Shown here: piece after piece, positions 36,201 to 44,757 of the stretch | Layout: the number at the start of each line of letters is the position of its first letter | Position numbering within the stretch: the stretch's first letter is position 1 | Source of the DNA: an uncultured Gammaproteobacteria bacterium | GTDB lineage: Bacteria; Patescibacteriota; Microgenomatia; Levybacterales; UBA12049 | Assembly: GCA_964635045.1 (NCBI GenBank) | Contig: CAZWMJ010000004.1 | Span: 2,205 to 66,204 of the forward strand | Length of the DNA stretch: 64,000 nt | Direction: 5' to 3' | Program-made: the position numbers and the translations under genes | Notes under the pieces: generated by a model | Told to the model about the DNA's origin: nothing | The model's input: the letters and a program-made list of their open reading frames with translations, nothing else | The model's database searches: none

Positions 36201-39200
36201 TCCGATATCGGCCAGCCGATCGCCGATACCCAAGGGATTATATTTGGTGGCCACTTCCAGCGCTAAATTCATCGCTTCCCGGGTAGCAAAAGCCCCGGCT
36301 CCTCCCAAAACTAACGTTGTGACTCCGGCTTTGGTCGCCCTAAGTATTCGCTGATTTCGCGCTCTCTTGATGGTGTTTTTGACTGCCTCCCTTCGATTGG
36401 CTATCAGCCGATCTCCCAGGGCTGTCTGAAGATTTTGGGAGATATTATCGGCGCCCGTTTCCAGATTGGCCGCCAAAGTATCGGTTAACAGATTAACTCC
36501 TGCTTCCACCAATTGTTGGCTGGTTAAGTTTTGGGTGGTTACTCCTAATCCAGACAACTGCTGGCGCATGGTATCAAGAGCTGGCTGGTTGGCGTTAAGA
36601 TAATCAACCAGTTGCTTCTGCGCTCCCGCGCTGGAGCTTTCCATGTCTGTTTGTAAACGCTGATAACCCTGGGTATTGCCATTATCTACTTTGAAAAGAT
36701 CAATGCCCCTCTCGCCCATCAGGCGAAATCTGGCGTTCACATCTGAGATCAGGGCCATCACCCGCATTGAGTCTTGCGGCGCTGTTGTTTCAAACTGTTG
36801 AGTTATCTCAGCCATGCCGCGTTTGCTAAAGGCCACCCGGGCCAATTCATTTCTTCGTCTGGCATCGGGAGCAAAGGTATATCCCAAGGCCTCCTCCACA
36901 TTGTGGTGCTGTATTTCCACTCCCGATCTTTCCCACTCCTGGGCTCCTCGCATCAGGGCAAATGCTCCAATACCTCCCATCATGCCTCCTGCACCTGCTA
37001 CCAAACCTCCGCCAATAAAGCTGCCGGCGGTTTTTCCTCCCCATTCTCCCAGCTTTGTACCCAGGAAGACACCACCGGCCCAGCCAATGGGTTGAGCTTT
37101 TATAAGTCCCTGCAAAAGAAGAGCCCGGTTCCCCGCCGTGCTAAGATACATATCGGGTACCACGGCGCCCGTTCGGCCATCTCTTATCTGCTGATACAAT
37201 TGCAATACCCGTTCGTGGGTGGGACCGCGTTGGGCGGCGAGGCGCTCCAGCAGGGTATGGCCCAGTTCGCCTCTGGTTTCCGCCAGCAGTGTTCCCACGT
37301 TTACTTTTAATACCACATCTTTAAGATAATTATCGATGTCAGCATTGGTTTGGAGAACCTCCTTCATCTGGGACAGTTGCGGTTCGTACACCTCTTGAAA
37401 CACTTTTACCAGATCGCTGCCGTAGCTTAAGGACAAGCGAAAATTCTGTGCAAAATCCGGATTTTTGCTTTGGGCATCGTACCAATCTAAAAACTTCTTG
37501 CTGAAGAAAAATTCCTGCATTTCTCGCTGGACGCCAAGATAGGTGTTGTTGTTGAGGGTGCCGGCGATGCCCTCTCTCAGCAGGGGAGTGAGGACGCGAT
37601 CTATGTAAAAGTCTCGCATGGGGCCTTCCAGCACCAGTTGTTGAGCCAGACGGCTTTCTCCGGCATCGGTATGGACTTCAAACTGTTGCCTGACGCTGTC
37701 TGTTAATCTCTTGGCCACTGCCTGTGAAGCGGCGTAGTCGCCTGTCACAATGGTTTTAAGCTGATTATAGAGATCTGTCATGCCGTTTTGATTTAGTAAA
37801 TCTTGTGATTGCTGTGAGAGTTGAGGTTGGTTTATCTCCTCCTCCTCCATAACCTGCCGCAGCTGCCCGACCAGTTGCACTCGTCTTTGCTCCCGTTCTG
37901 TTTCGGAAGAGGTGATATCGTGAAAGCGGTCTCGCGCCCAGCCGGTGGCTCTTCTTAAACCTCTTCCTCTTTCTCCCCTGACTCGGGCGTCAATCACGTC
38001 GTCAAGCTGATGAATAAACTCAACGGGTAGGGCAGTGGTATTTATGCCTGTTTGGGCCATCAGCTTCATGGCATTTTTGCGGTCCTTGTCATACAGGCCT
38101 GCGGCTGCGAATGTACTTTGCCATAAACGCCTGATGATGCGGTTGGGTCTAAAACCTTTTGCTTCCCATTCTTTTCTTCGTTCTTCGCCAAGTTGGACGG
38201 CCACCAGGTCTGCCAAAAAGGCCATAACTTCCTGTTGATTTTCTTTCCCTTTTTCCCCTGCCTCTTTAATTTTTTGCTTTTCTGAAACAACGGAAGATAC
38301 GAGTTCCGTAGGAAGGGTGGGCGGAGGGGGTTTCTCTCCATCTTTTGTTGGCCCGGGCGGTAAGTCTCCCGGCGGTCCCTCTTCTTTAATCGGCGGTTCT
38401 ACCGGTCCCGTCGGTGGTTCTGTGGTATCCGGCCCCGGCCCCTTTTTCTCCGGTGGTGTTCTTCCTCCCCCCGTAGGTTCCTGTGTCCCTCCCTCAATGA
38501 ATCTTTTTCTGGTAACCTGGGGGTTTCTCTCCAGTTTGATGGGGGTTTTCACCCCTCTCTCAAACCGCTCTTCTCCTTTGAGGGCCAGAAGAAACAGGTG
38601 GAGGCTTAAGGCATCTATCTCTCCTTTCATCTGTTCTTGAAGTTTTTGTTTGCCAATATCCTGGTTAAATCCCTGGTAGTTATCAATCATAGTTTCAAGA
38701 CCGGGTTTGCTGAAATCTATCTCTTTTAAGATGTCTGCCATATCTAAAGCTACCGGGGTGAGAGTTGACAGATCTGCTGTTGATGCTCCAGCTGGTGCCG
38801 TATCCACATTTCTTTTATGCTGAAGAGCTTCTTTAATGTTGCGGTAGAATCTGCCTCTGACTTCCGCATAGGTTAGTTTGGTGGTAAATCTATCTTCCGC
38901 TGATTGAGGCTTGGCCAGTCTTTCTCTAAGAGACTGGATCATATTTCTATAGGAGGGAGGTTTACCTTCCTGTTTGAGAGTATTGGCAATATCCGTAATG
39001 ACAATACCTACTCCCGGATATCGTTTCTCCGGAAAGGCAGTCATCAGGGTGGGGTCTTCCACATCTGCCAGCCTATCTTCAATTAGTCTAAAGGCCAGGA
39101 AATCCTGTCTGGCTTCCCTTAACATCTCTCTCGGTTTGCCTTCATCATCCAGATAGTAGGCCACATAAGGTCCTTCTGCCTGATCTCTCACTCCCAGTTC

Positions 39201-39722
39201 TCCCACCTGGGTAAGTACGGTATTAGGCCTGTTCTCCGCAAATTGAGTACGCAGATCCTCAATCATTCTTTGTTGTTCTTCCTGCCGCATGGTAGTAAAG
39301 TGAGCTTCAATTGTGCGGGCCAGTTCTCTCAGATCAGGATGATTTTCCCCCATCAGAATCTGTTTCACCCAATCATCACCGGAATATGCTTCTGAATCCC
39401 TAACTCTCTTATCTATCTCTCCCAGCTTTCTCTTTCGATACTGATCATCATTCTCCCCCGTATTCTTGGGAAGATGAGAGGCAATCTTATCATCGGCAAA
39501 CTTATCTCCCAGATAGGCATCTGCCCTTTTAAATTCTGCAGACTTTTTATATGCCTCAAGGGGAATACCTAAATCTCTTCTCTCATCATGAATTTTTAAA
39601 GAAGCCGGTCTTCCCTGTTGGGCAGGAACTGTGTCTGGTTGGGGAGAGGTTTGGCTTCCCTCTCCTGAGGGGGCGGGGGGAGGGGAAGTTGGTTGTTCTG
39701 GTGTCGGGCTTTCTCCGGCCAT
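33201..39722 (-). CDS. giant protein 2 (2173 aa): shared N-module + unique body with glycine-zipper hydrophobic segments
   Basis: One uninterrupted ORF. The N-terminal region of about 420 aa is identical to giant protein 1. The body is non-repetitive. Gly-rich hydrophobic stretches are GGLVAGAGGMMGGIGAFALM and GVTTLVLGGAGAFA, and there is a K/E-rich spacer. I recognise no catalytic domain by eye. Confidence 0.8.
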   Translation of the reverse strand: MAGESPTPEQPTSPPPAPSGEGSQTSPQPDTVPAQQGRPASLKIHDERRDLGIPLEAYKKSAEFKRADAYLGDKFADDKIASHLPKNTGENDDQYRKRKLGEIDKRVRDSEAYSGDDWVKQILMGENHPDLRELARTIEAHFTTMRQEEQQRMIEDLRTQFAENRPNTVLTQVGELGVRDQAEGPYVAYYLDDEGKPREMLREARQDFLAFRLIEDRLADVEDPTLMTAFPEKRYPGVGIVITDIANTLKQEGKPPSYRNMIQSLRERLAKPQSAEDRFTTKLTYAEVRGRFYRNIKEALQHKRNVDTAPAGASTADLSTLTPVALDMADILKEIDFSKPGLETMIDNYQGFNQDIGKQKLQEQMKGEIDALSLHLFLLALKGEERFERGVKTPIKLERNPQVTRKRFIEGGTQEPTGGGRTPPEKKGPGPDTTEPPTGPVEPPIKEEGPPGDLPPGPTKDGEKPPPPTLPTELVSSVVSEKQKIKEAGEKGKENQQEVMAFLADLVAVQLGEERRKEWEAKGFRPNRIIRRLWQSTFAAAGLYDKDRKNAMKLMAQTGINTTALPVEFIHQLDDVIDARVRGERGRGLRRATGWARDRFHDITSSETEREQRRVQLVGQLRQVMEEEEINQPQLSQQSQDLLNQNGMTDLYNQLKTIVTGDYAASQAVAKRLTDSVRQQFEVHTDAGESRLAQQLVLEGPMRDFYIDRVLTPLLREGIAGTLNNNTYLGVQREMQEFFFSKKFLDWYDAQSKNPDFAQNFRLSLSYGSDLVKVFQEVYEPQLSQMKEVLQTNADIDNYLKDVVLKVNVGTLLAETRGELGHTLLERLAAQRGPTHERVLQLYQQIRDGRTGAVVPDMYLSTAGNRALLLQGLIKAQPIGWAGGVFLGTKLGEWGGKTAGSFIGGGLVAGAGGMMGGIGAFALMRGAQEWERSGVEIQHHNVEEALGYTFAPDARRRNELARVAFSKRGMAEITQQFETTAPQDSMRVMALISDVNARFRLMGERGIDLFKVDNGNTQGYQRLQTDMESSSAGAQKQLVDYLNANQPALDTMRQQLSGLGVTTQNLTSQQLVEAGVNLLTDTLAANLETGADNISQNLQTALGDRLIANRREAVKNTIKRARNQRILRATKAGVTTLVLGGAGAFATREAMNLALEVATKYNPLGIGDRLADIGAWVARTPVRRLFGVDLKNVSADPNPQNISIGPGQELEVGVASGGDRVLTIIQTDPNGNKVPLPAPPMWLHQQADGQTNLIIAGEPKDLPSDIQTALANWRNQLTDVHNFLNHMQDITRGGVGQTPDEVLGGGDFRGSFLVNTHDITQSNWLNPEGKPYDVWAQEAGRIDPATGLTEIGKMSITAPDGTMLHGFMRPDGTFDVDFNHYGNVDLGLSNTPNTPIKNMLQLMDTEAWGIDQPDPLKNPFLFHFTPPTATEYIPPTELTFTRVDWGLPIPWRRRPPEAPERAGKPAIEQGKGKTPAETEKATEKKKEEEKKKTEELESQIAFAHPDWEKLKKSRGTEEIWDNLSQIRQIAANSEVIKRGLPIYYPGAFFDITYPLAFTNGANFVFVDYAGYVDKNGKPTTESVENEIKDIGGNIKSTTDTGVLGKGGKRVIKFDWAGKERTVTLYAEDATKFHPEELKDGTAFVVIKAPTPFARDGDAIENIPGEIFSPEALSTIWGNLAVGGFIHRPPAKILPPEAVGFNQLITVPPAEGELTGVPRPRPYPLYQKVENRPEIPQLMKLDRELDLAIYEKQGDMAGSIYADTVKGFTDRLRRVKVWYDQLTPEEKTEVGKTLKTVLLPETLTPELREKFIANGKVYGLGDPAKLEQYFNQTKEAAHSVFPELTALEAGLATGRIPIEQVSDAESQEIMGKVAIHGHSFHGDMLTAQILQQEGLAPKHKIKLGNTTVFLSSTPYNLADGRIAVVGYVEKEGQIVARTFYRSNSQGVWRYLPNYTPGKNKGDIDWYDKGYGEESVTLPIMLQQALAEFSKESAPILNVSNPNLIFAGTARDRNSPGTLVLTVEAEPKKLEGDFYPPTEDSKNKPEQLQFTNPSMSPDFNKKLTSWKQKTSLYGDVTIEVFPSKDGKLQYMFCRDGKGRAWIGGVEDDSEIQTVGLRKTWIKAGDLTTPAYEYKTADVDQTGGYGNEADRSSQYVDMFTNYLSKIPVIQEYLKTA
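38453..39707. repeat. 1255-bp direct repeat, copy 2 (5' coding module of giant gene 2)
   Basis: See 30786..32040. The copies diverge only in the first few codons (MADPTPEQ versus MAGESPTPEQ) and downstream of ...GGGRTP. Confidence 0.9.
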
Positions 39723-39745
39723 AAAAATATTCCTATTCTATATTG

Positions 39746-39774
39746 ATTGTGCTTAATGTTGGACAAAAAGTCAA
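39746..39774 (-). promoter_or_regulatory. putative promoter of giant gene 2 (minus strand TTGACT, 17 nt spacer, CACAAT)
   Basis: The hexamers and spacing match 32074..32102, although the surrounding sequence is not part of the 1255-bp repeat. Confidence 0.35.
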
Positions 39775-39822
39775 GGCCTTTGAGGGATTGACAAACAGGC
39801 GGGAGTTATCTATCATCAAATT

Positions 39823-40212
39823 ATGGATGATCAAAGTATCGAACAAAACAAATCCATAGAGGCTTTTGTGGACAAGCTGATTGAAGAAAAGGGATTTGTC
39901 GATCTTTTGCCCGAAGTAAGAGACCAGCTCAAAAAGGATATTTTACAAAGACTTGATGATTTTATCACCGCCCGCATTATTGCCGCTCTTTCAGATCAGG
40001 ATATAGTCATTTTTGAAAATATGCTGAAAGAAGGAAAGCCGCAAGAAGAAATACAGCAATTCACGTCAACGCATATTGCGGATTTTGCCGATTTTCTTAC
40101 AAATGTTTTACTAGAGTTTAGGGGAGTATATTTGGGTATTCTGACAGCGCCAATCGGCGGTAGCGCTCCCCCTCCAACTCCCCCCGCCCCGGTAGCAGAA
40201 GAGAAAAATTAG
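39823..40212 (+). CDS. small acidic helical protein with Pro-rich tail, unknown function
   Basis: 129-aa ORF divergent from giant gene 2. No family recognised by eye. Confidence 0.5.
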   Translation: MDDQSIEQNKSIEAFVDKLIEEKGFVDLLPEVRDQLKKDILQRLDDFITARIIAALSDQDIVIFENMLKEGKPQEEIQQFTSTHIADFADFLTNVLLEFRGVYLGILTAPIGGSAPPPTPPAPVAEEKN

Positions 40213-40218
40213 AGATTT

Positions 40219-40851
40219 TTAAATCTTTAATTTAGTCCTTGCAAGTTTAAGGGCTTCGCTTTGGAAAAATTTTTTAATCTCCTCCCAGGAAGTTGAGATT
40301 AACATTTTAGGCATCTGGTCCATTTCTGCATCTGCAAAATAATTTAAGCTCCTGATTACCGAGTATATATGCTCTTTTAAAACGCCATATTTTTGATCAT
40401 AAAATTTAAGCATCTCCTCTAAAGAAAACTCTTTTGCTAGAAAAAATAAATCAATAAAATCTCTTTTAGTTCCTCTATCTTCTAAGGCATGAACTTTCAT
40501 AGCTGCAATGTCTTCTTTTTGGAGAATTTGAATGCCCTCAAAATCTACAGTTTTTTTGATGAGCTGGTACTGATAATAAAACAGGCTGAATTTTGTCTGC
40601 CCAACCTTACCCCAGACAGTTCTCCATGCCGTGCCTTCTTCCTTGTATTCTGGTAATTGATCAAGCTCTCCGGACAATGTTTTTTCATCAAAAACTTCCC
40701 GGGTAAAAAAATCCAAATCAACAGAAATTCTATGGTTTAAATGTAGAGCCAATGCGGTACCACCAGCCAGATAGCTTTTTTTAACAATGCTTATTTTAGA
40801 TACTAGCTTGAGAGCCCGAATGGTATCCGGGAGTAAGGCTTTTGTAAGCAT
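40219..40851 (-). CDS. AbiEii/AbiGii-type nucleotidyltransferase toxin, second copy
   Basis: 210 aa. The motif YLAGGTALALHLNHRISVDLDFFT and the C-terminal DFIDLFFL block parallel 20103..20768 (DFIDLYFIL). Confidence 0.7.
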   Translation of the reverse strand: MLTKALLPDTIRALKLVSKISIVKKSYLAGGTALALHLNHRISVDLDFFTREVFDEKTLSGELDQLPEYKEEGTAWRTVWGKVGQTKFSLFYYQYQLIKKTVDFEGIQILQKEDIAAMKVHALEDRGTKRDFIDLFFLAKEFSLEEMLKFYDQKYGVLKEHIYSVIRSLNYFADAEMDQMPKMLISTSWEEIKKFFQSEALKLARTKLKI

Positions 40852-41102
40852 GGCACTTTTTTATGATCTAACCTCAAATAATCCGCCCAAAAATTGGCTG
40901 TTTTTCGCGAGATATCTCTGCTTGTTAAAATTAGCCGTTTAATCTCCTCTTTGGTATAATTTTGGAGTAACCAGTTTAATGCTTTAGTGTCGCCTCTGTC
41001 CAATACACGTTTCAGAATAAATATCTTGGACTCTTTCAAATTGAGCAGACTAAAATCAATATCCCAAAAATATTTTTTTAAGAACTTGGGCACCTTTGCC
41101 AT
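40803..41102 (-). CDS. small partner protein of the AbiEii-like toxin (putative antitoxin), second copy
   Basis: 99 aa. It overlaps the toxin ORF by 49 nt and carries the FWDIDFS motif, like 20743..21018. Confidence 0.55.
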   Translation of the reverse strand: MAKVPKFLKKYFWDIDFSLLNLKESKIFILKRVLDRGDTKALNWLLQNYTKEEIKRLILTSRDISRKTANFWADYLRLDHKKVPCLQKPYSRIPFGLSS

Positions 41103-41133
41103 AAAGTAATTATATCATAGCAGAAGAGAAAAA

Positions 41134-42696
41134 TTAAGCTTTTTCATTTAGTATTTCTTCCAAAGTTCTTATTCTTATGCCAAAATCTTGGGCAAATTGA
41201 GGAATACCAATTCGTTTAAATTCACTATCACCGGGTTTTAGAGCATTGAGCAATGCTCCCACAAAATGACAGTAGGGGATGCAATTTTTGGCGTCCTGCT
41301 GTAAATGTGCCAATTTACCTTGCATAAACATCTCTTGGTAGGATTTTAGTTTTGGATTGCCGGAAACGGAAATATCGTATTGTCCTTGGTGAATTTGGGC
41401 AACTGCCAAATCATTAGCGCGAATATTATTAAGTTCTAATCTATGTTTAGTTTTATATTGCTCCGGCACTTGCGGATCGGTTAGTATATCATCTGTTTGT
41501 TCATAGTTTGGCAAAATTCTTTCCTCCTCACCTTCTTTGAAGGGATTGTATATTAGTATTCTCCAGTTTCCGTCAGGGCTTTTATAAGGAGTTTTTAGCA
41601 GAAGCATGGCGTGATTTGCCTCAATCAGCATTGCCAAGGGTAATTTATGTCTCTGCCCTGCCACTTCTAAAGATTGGGTAGAAAACCAGACATTCTCAAG
41701 AGGGGTGGACTTATCCACTCGATAGCCCAAATTATGTATGATAAAATTGTTGTCGTTGGGATCTTCTTTGTAGCGACTCGGATCTCTTAACACCTGAATA
41801 AATTGATTGGCGGCCCTTATATTTTCTCCCACATTAACATTGGGAATCTTTTGCTCTTGTTGAGGTTTTGTTTCCGCCTCTGGGGTTTGGGTGAGAGGCG
41901 GGGTGGCGGTTTCAGCGGTGGCTGGCGCTTGTCCGTTTGGCAACAGGAAGATTAATAATTCTTTTTCTTTATCTTCTAAATTGTTCACGCGAAGTATTTT
42001 CTCTCCCTCCCGATCGGCAGCCTGATTAGCCCCATCAATCAATATCTGCGGTTGGGTTTTAAGTTTCACTTCCGCATCGGTGAGTTGAGCAATAATTTGG
42101 GAGGATTTGTCGCCAAAAATACCAGCCAGCCATTGCCAGGCAGGGAGGTCTTCATGAAGTCTTTGGTAGTCTATGCTATTTTCTCCTGTTTGGTAAGATT
42201 GCAATATTGCGGCAATGAAATGCTGCACTCCTGTTTCCTGAGCTGGGGAGGCAAAAAAGGTGTTATACAATTGTTCCGCCTGTGTTTGAGTAAACTCATG
42301 GGTATTAATTCCAATGCGGGCAAATGCTTGTTTCCAGTGAATTCCCTTATCTGATGTTTCAAAAAATCGCTGGGCATTTTGAAATGCGGCAGCAGTTCGT
42401 TCCGCCCATGCTTTTTTTTGCTCGTCAAATCCCCGGATTTCCTGTTTCTGCCACCAGTCTTTTCGTTCATTGATAGAGGCGCGGTTGAGAAGAAAGTAGG
42501 TTCCATCGGGTTCAATGATTCTTTCGGCAAGAGGGTGAAACATGCTTTGCTCGATTTGGGGAAGTTGTGTCTGATGATTTAGGGCATCTTTACTAATCAA
42601 TAGTCTTACCTGCAAACCAACCAATTCCTCTTGAGGGGCAAGATGTTCGTGGGAGACAGGAAGTTCTGTAGTTACAGATGGCGGTGCTTCGCTCAT
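41134..42696 (-). CDS. modular effector-like protein, family member B (shared N-module + CE-clan-like cysteine peptidase pattern)
   Basis: 520 aa. The N-module is near-identical to member A, including at the DNA level (10560-10640 versus 42090-42170). The linker is PPLTQTPEAETKP. The C-module carries ANHAMLLL...WRILIYNPF...LQQDAKNCIPYC, which follows the His / Asp-or-Asn / Gln / Cys order of Ulp1/adenain-type (clan CE) peptidases. Confidence 0.7.
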   Translation of the reverse strand: MSEAPPSVTTELPVSHEHLAPQEELVGLQVRLLISKDALNHQTQLPQIEQSMFHPLAERIIEPDGTYFLLNRASINERKDWWQKQEIRGFDEQKKAWAERTAAAFQNAQRFFETSDKGIHWKQAFARIGINTHEFTQTQAEQLYNTFFASPAQETGVQHFIAAILQSYQTGENSIDYQRLHEDLPAWQWLAGIFGDKSSQIIAQLTDAEVKLKTQPQILIDGANQAADREGEKILRVNNLEDKEKELLIFLLPNGQAPATAETATPPLTQTPEAETKPQQEQKIPNVNVGENIRAANQFIQVLRDPSRYKEDPNDNNFIIHNLGYRVDKSTPLENVWFSTQSLEVAGQRHKLPLAMLIEANHAMLLLKTPYKSPDGNWRILIYNPFKEGEEERILPNYEQTDDILTDPQVPEQYKTKHRLELNNIRANDLAVAQIHQGQYDISVSGNPKLKSYQEMFMQGKLAHLQQDAKNCIPYCHFVGALLNALKPGDSEFKRIGIPQFAQDFGIRIRTLEEILNEKA

Positions 42697-42711
42697 GTTG
42701 GTTTAAGTATA

Positions 42712-44757
42712 TCATGCAGCCCTGGGGAGTTGTAGTCGCAGTTTTTCGGCAAGGTGTTTTATGGCGGCGGGGGAGAGGGAGATTGCCTGGTCGTTTTCAA
42801 GAATTGAACGTTGAATTATTTCTCTCATGGCCGCCTTTTCCACATTAGTCAGGTTCTCGACCTGCCCTTTGTTTTGAATAACGGACAATGTTAAGCCATA
42901 GTCCGGAAAGCGATTTTGGTTTTTTGCTTTTTCCGCCTCATAATTCATCGTGGCATAAATAATTTGCATAAAATAGGGGCGAGTGTTTCGAGGGGCGAGT
43001 GTCTCGTTTAAGTGGCGAAAACCATGACGGGTAAAATAGCCGTTGACAAAATATTTAAAAGCCTCATGGGGCGTGATTTGTTGCTCTTGGGCGATAAGAC
43101 TAATAAGTTTATGAAGGACTACTCGTTCCTCAGAGTAGGCCGGATTATCCAGTCTGGCATTAAAACTTTTTACCCACTGGTTGGTTAATTCAACAGTCAC
43201 CGCCTCCATCAAACCCCGGCCTCTTTCTTTAATTGTCAGGTTTTCTTCGGGAGTAAAGTAGGGCGGAACCGGTTTGGTCGTCATCAGCCCTATTCTACCA
43301 GGCCTCCGATCGATAGTTCTTCCCTGGTGTTGTAGCTGCCAAAAGGTCAATTCGGCAGAAAGGTGAGTGAGTTCGTGGGGATTAGTTTCCATCAGCAGTC
43401 GCTCTACCAAACCACCGATTTGATCCTTAGTCATGGCGCGAAGTTCCTGTCTGCCAATTTGTCTGGCTAATTGTTCCATCACTCCCATATCCAGAAAAAT
43501 AACCGAGAATTTTGGATTAACAAAGGCCAGGGCTCCTTGGGGATTGAGAAGCTGGGCTGTTTTACCACGGAAGATGACCAGCCGGAGTGGTCTGACTGCT
43601 GGCAGGTCAAGCTGATACTGCTGCCGCAAAAAACCTTCATAGTGCTCCAGATTTTTCCCAACAATTTGACTAAGGTAGGTATCATTTAAACCGACACTCC
43701 TCATCCATTGCTTAAGCGAGTCGTCCTCTTGCCTGATTTGTTGAGCTAAATCCTGCTTGGAAAGAGCGCCATATTGATGAGGGTAAATTCTTTTCAACTC
43801 TGTGGCTATTAGTTCGGGGTTTAAGTCTTGATCAACATTGACTCCTTCCGGAAAGACCCGCGGTCGGCCGAGGCGCTCATAATGAATCTCCTGTCCGGCT
43901 GGTAAGTGGCGGGAGCCATGATCGCCCATTTGGGTAGGGTCATGGCGCTGCCAGGCTGGTTGTTGTCTCCTCTGCCGAGTTCTTCGCGGAGTTGGTCCGG
44001 TTGGTTCTGGTTCTACCGGTTTTTCAGTTGTTGTTTGTCTTCCTGACCAGAGGAAAGTAAGTAAGCGCTGTTCATCGGAATTAAGATTATTTATTCGATT
44101 TTCTTGATTGGCTTGTTCAACTAGAGTCTGCGGTTGGGTTTTCAGTTTCACTTCCGCATCGGTGAGTTGGGCAATCACCTCCGAGGAGGTTCCCCCAAAG
44201 ATGTTGGCCAGCCACTGGACTGCCTCAAGGTTATCCGAGGTGTTGGAGGGGGAGCTGACAAAATCTTTGACGAACTGTTTGATGTTTGATTGTTTTTCTC
44301 CGGTGGTAAAATATTTACCATACAATTGCTCTGCCTGTTGTCTGGCCTCATCCTCTGTGGTAAACTCATCGGTGTTTATTCCTACGATGGCAAGGGTTTT
44401 ACTCCACTTTCTTCCTTTGTCTGTTTCTTGAAAGAATTTATGAGACTTATTAAAAACACTTGTCGTTTCCCTAATCCACGCTTCTTTTTGTTTGTCAAAG
44501 TCATCATCTTCTTTACCTCTCCAGTGATCTTTCCTTTCTCTGGCTGAGGCCCCATTAAAAACACCATAGTCTCTTCCTTCAAAACTGCCTAAAGATTCCG
44601 GAGTGACCGGTGGCAGATCTATTTTGGCGGGGTTGAGGGTGTCGCCTGTCATCAAAAGACGCGGATGAAGTCCGGCCCAGTGATGCGGCGGCAATAATTG
44701 TTCTTTGGCCGAGTCAGACTCGGCCGGTATGTGAGGAGGGCTCTCCGAGTTTTCCAT
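42712..44757 (-). CDS. modular effector-like protein, family member C (diverged N-module + HExxH metallopeptidase-like C-module)
   Basis: The ORF track gives 42712..44781. The start at 44757 (MENSESPP) aligns with the paralog N-termini. The N-module is recognisably homologous (ERKDHWRGKEDDDFDKQKEAW...QQAEQLY...VQWLANIFGG.SSEVIAQLTDAEVKLKTQPQ). The C-module has NPHELTHL (coordinates 43363-43377) and a downstream GLMEAVTVE. Confidence 0.7.
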   Translation of the reverse strand: MENSESPPHIPAESDSAKEQLLPPHHWAGLHPRLLMTGDTLNPAKIDLPPVTPESLGSFEGRDYGVFNGASARERKDHWRGKEDDDFDKQKEAWIRETTSVFNKSHKFFQETDKGRKWSKTLAIVGINTDEFTTEDEARQQAEQLYGKYFTTGEKQSNIKQFVKDFVSSPSNTSDNLEAVQWLANIFGGTSSEVIAQLTDAEVKLKTQPQTLVEQANQENRINNLNSDEQRLLTFLWSGRQTTTEKPVEPEPTGPTPRRTRQRRQQPAWQRHDPTQMGDHGSRHLPAGQEIHYERLGRPRVFPEGVNVDQDLNPELIATELKRIYPHQYGALSKQDLAQQIRQEDDSLKQWMRSVGLNDTYLSQIVGKNLEHYEGFLRQQYQLDLPAVRPLRLVIFRGKTAQLLNPQGALAFVNPKFSVIFLDMGVMEQLARQIGRQELRAMTKDQIGGLVERLLMETNPHELTHLSAELTFWQLQHQGRTIDRRPGRIGLMTTKPVPPYFTPEENLTIKERGRGLMEAVTVELTNQWVKSFNARLDNPAYSEERVVLHKLISLIAQEQQITPHEAFKYFVNGYFTRHGFRHLNETLAPRNTRPYFMQIIYATMNYEAEKAKNQNRFPDYGLTLSVIQNKGQVENLTNVEKAAMREIIQRSILENDQAISLSPAAIKHLAEKLRLQLPRAA

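Noticed and set aside
26530-39722. The repeat pair might be the template and variable repeats of a diversity-generating retroelement.
   Set aside because: No reverse transcriptase gene is present in the window. The repeats appear identical rather than differing at adenine positions. At 1.25 kb they are far longer than typical TR/VR pairs.
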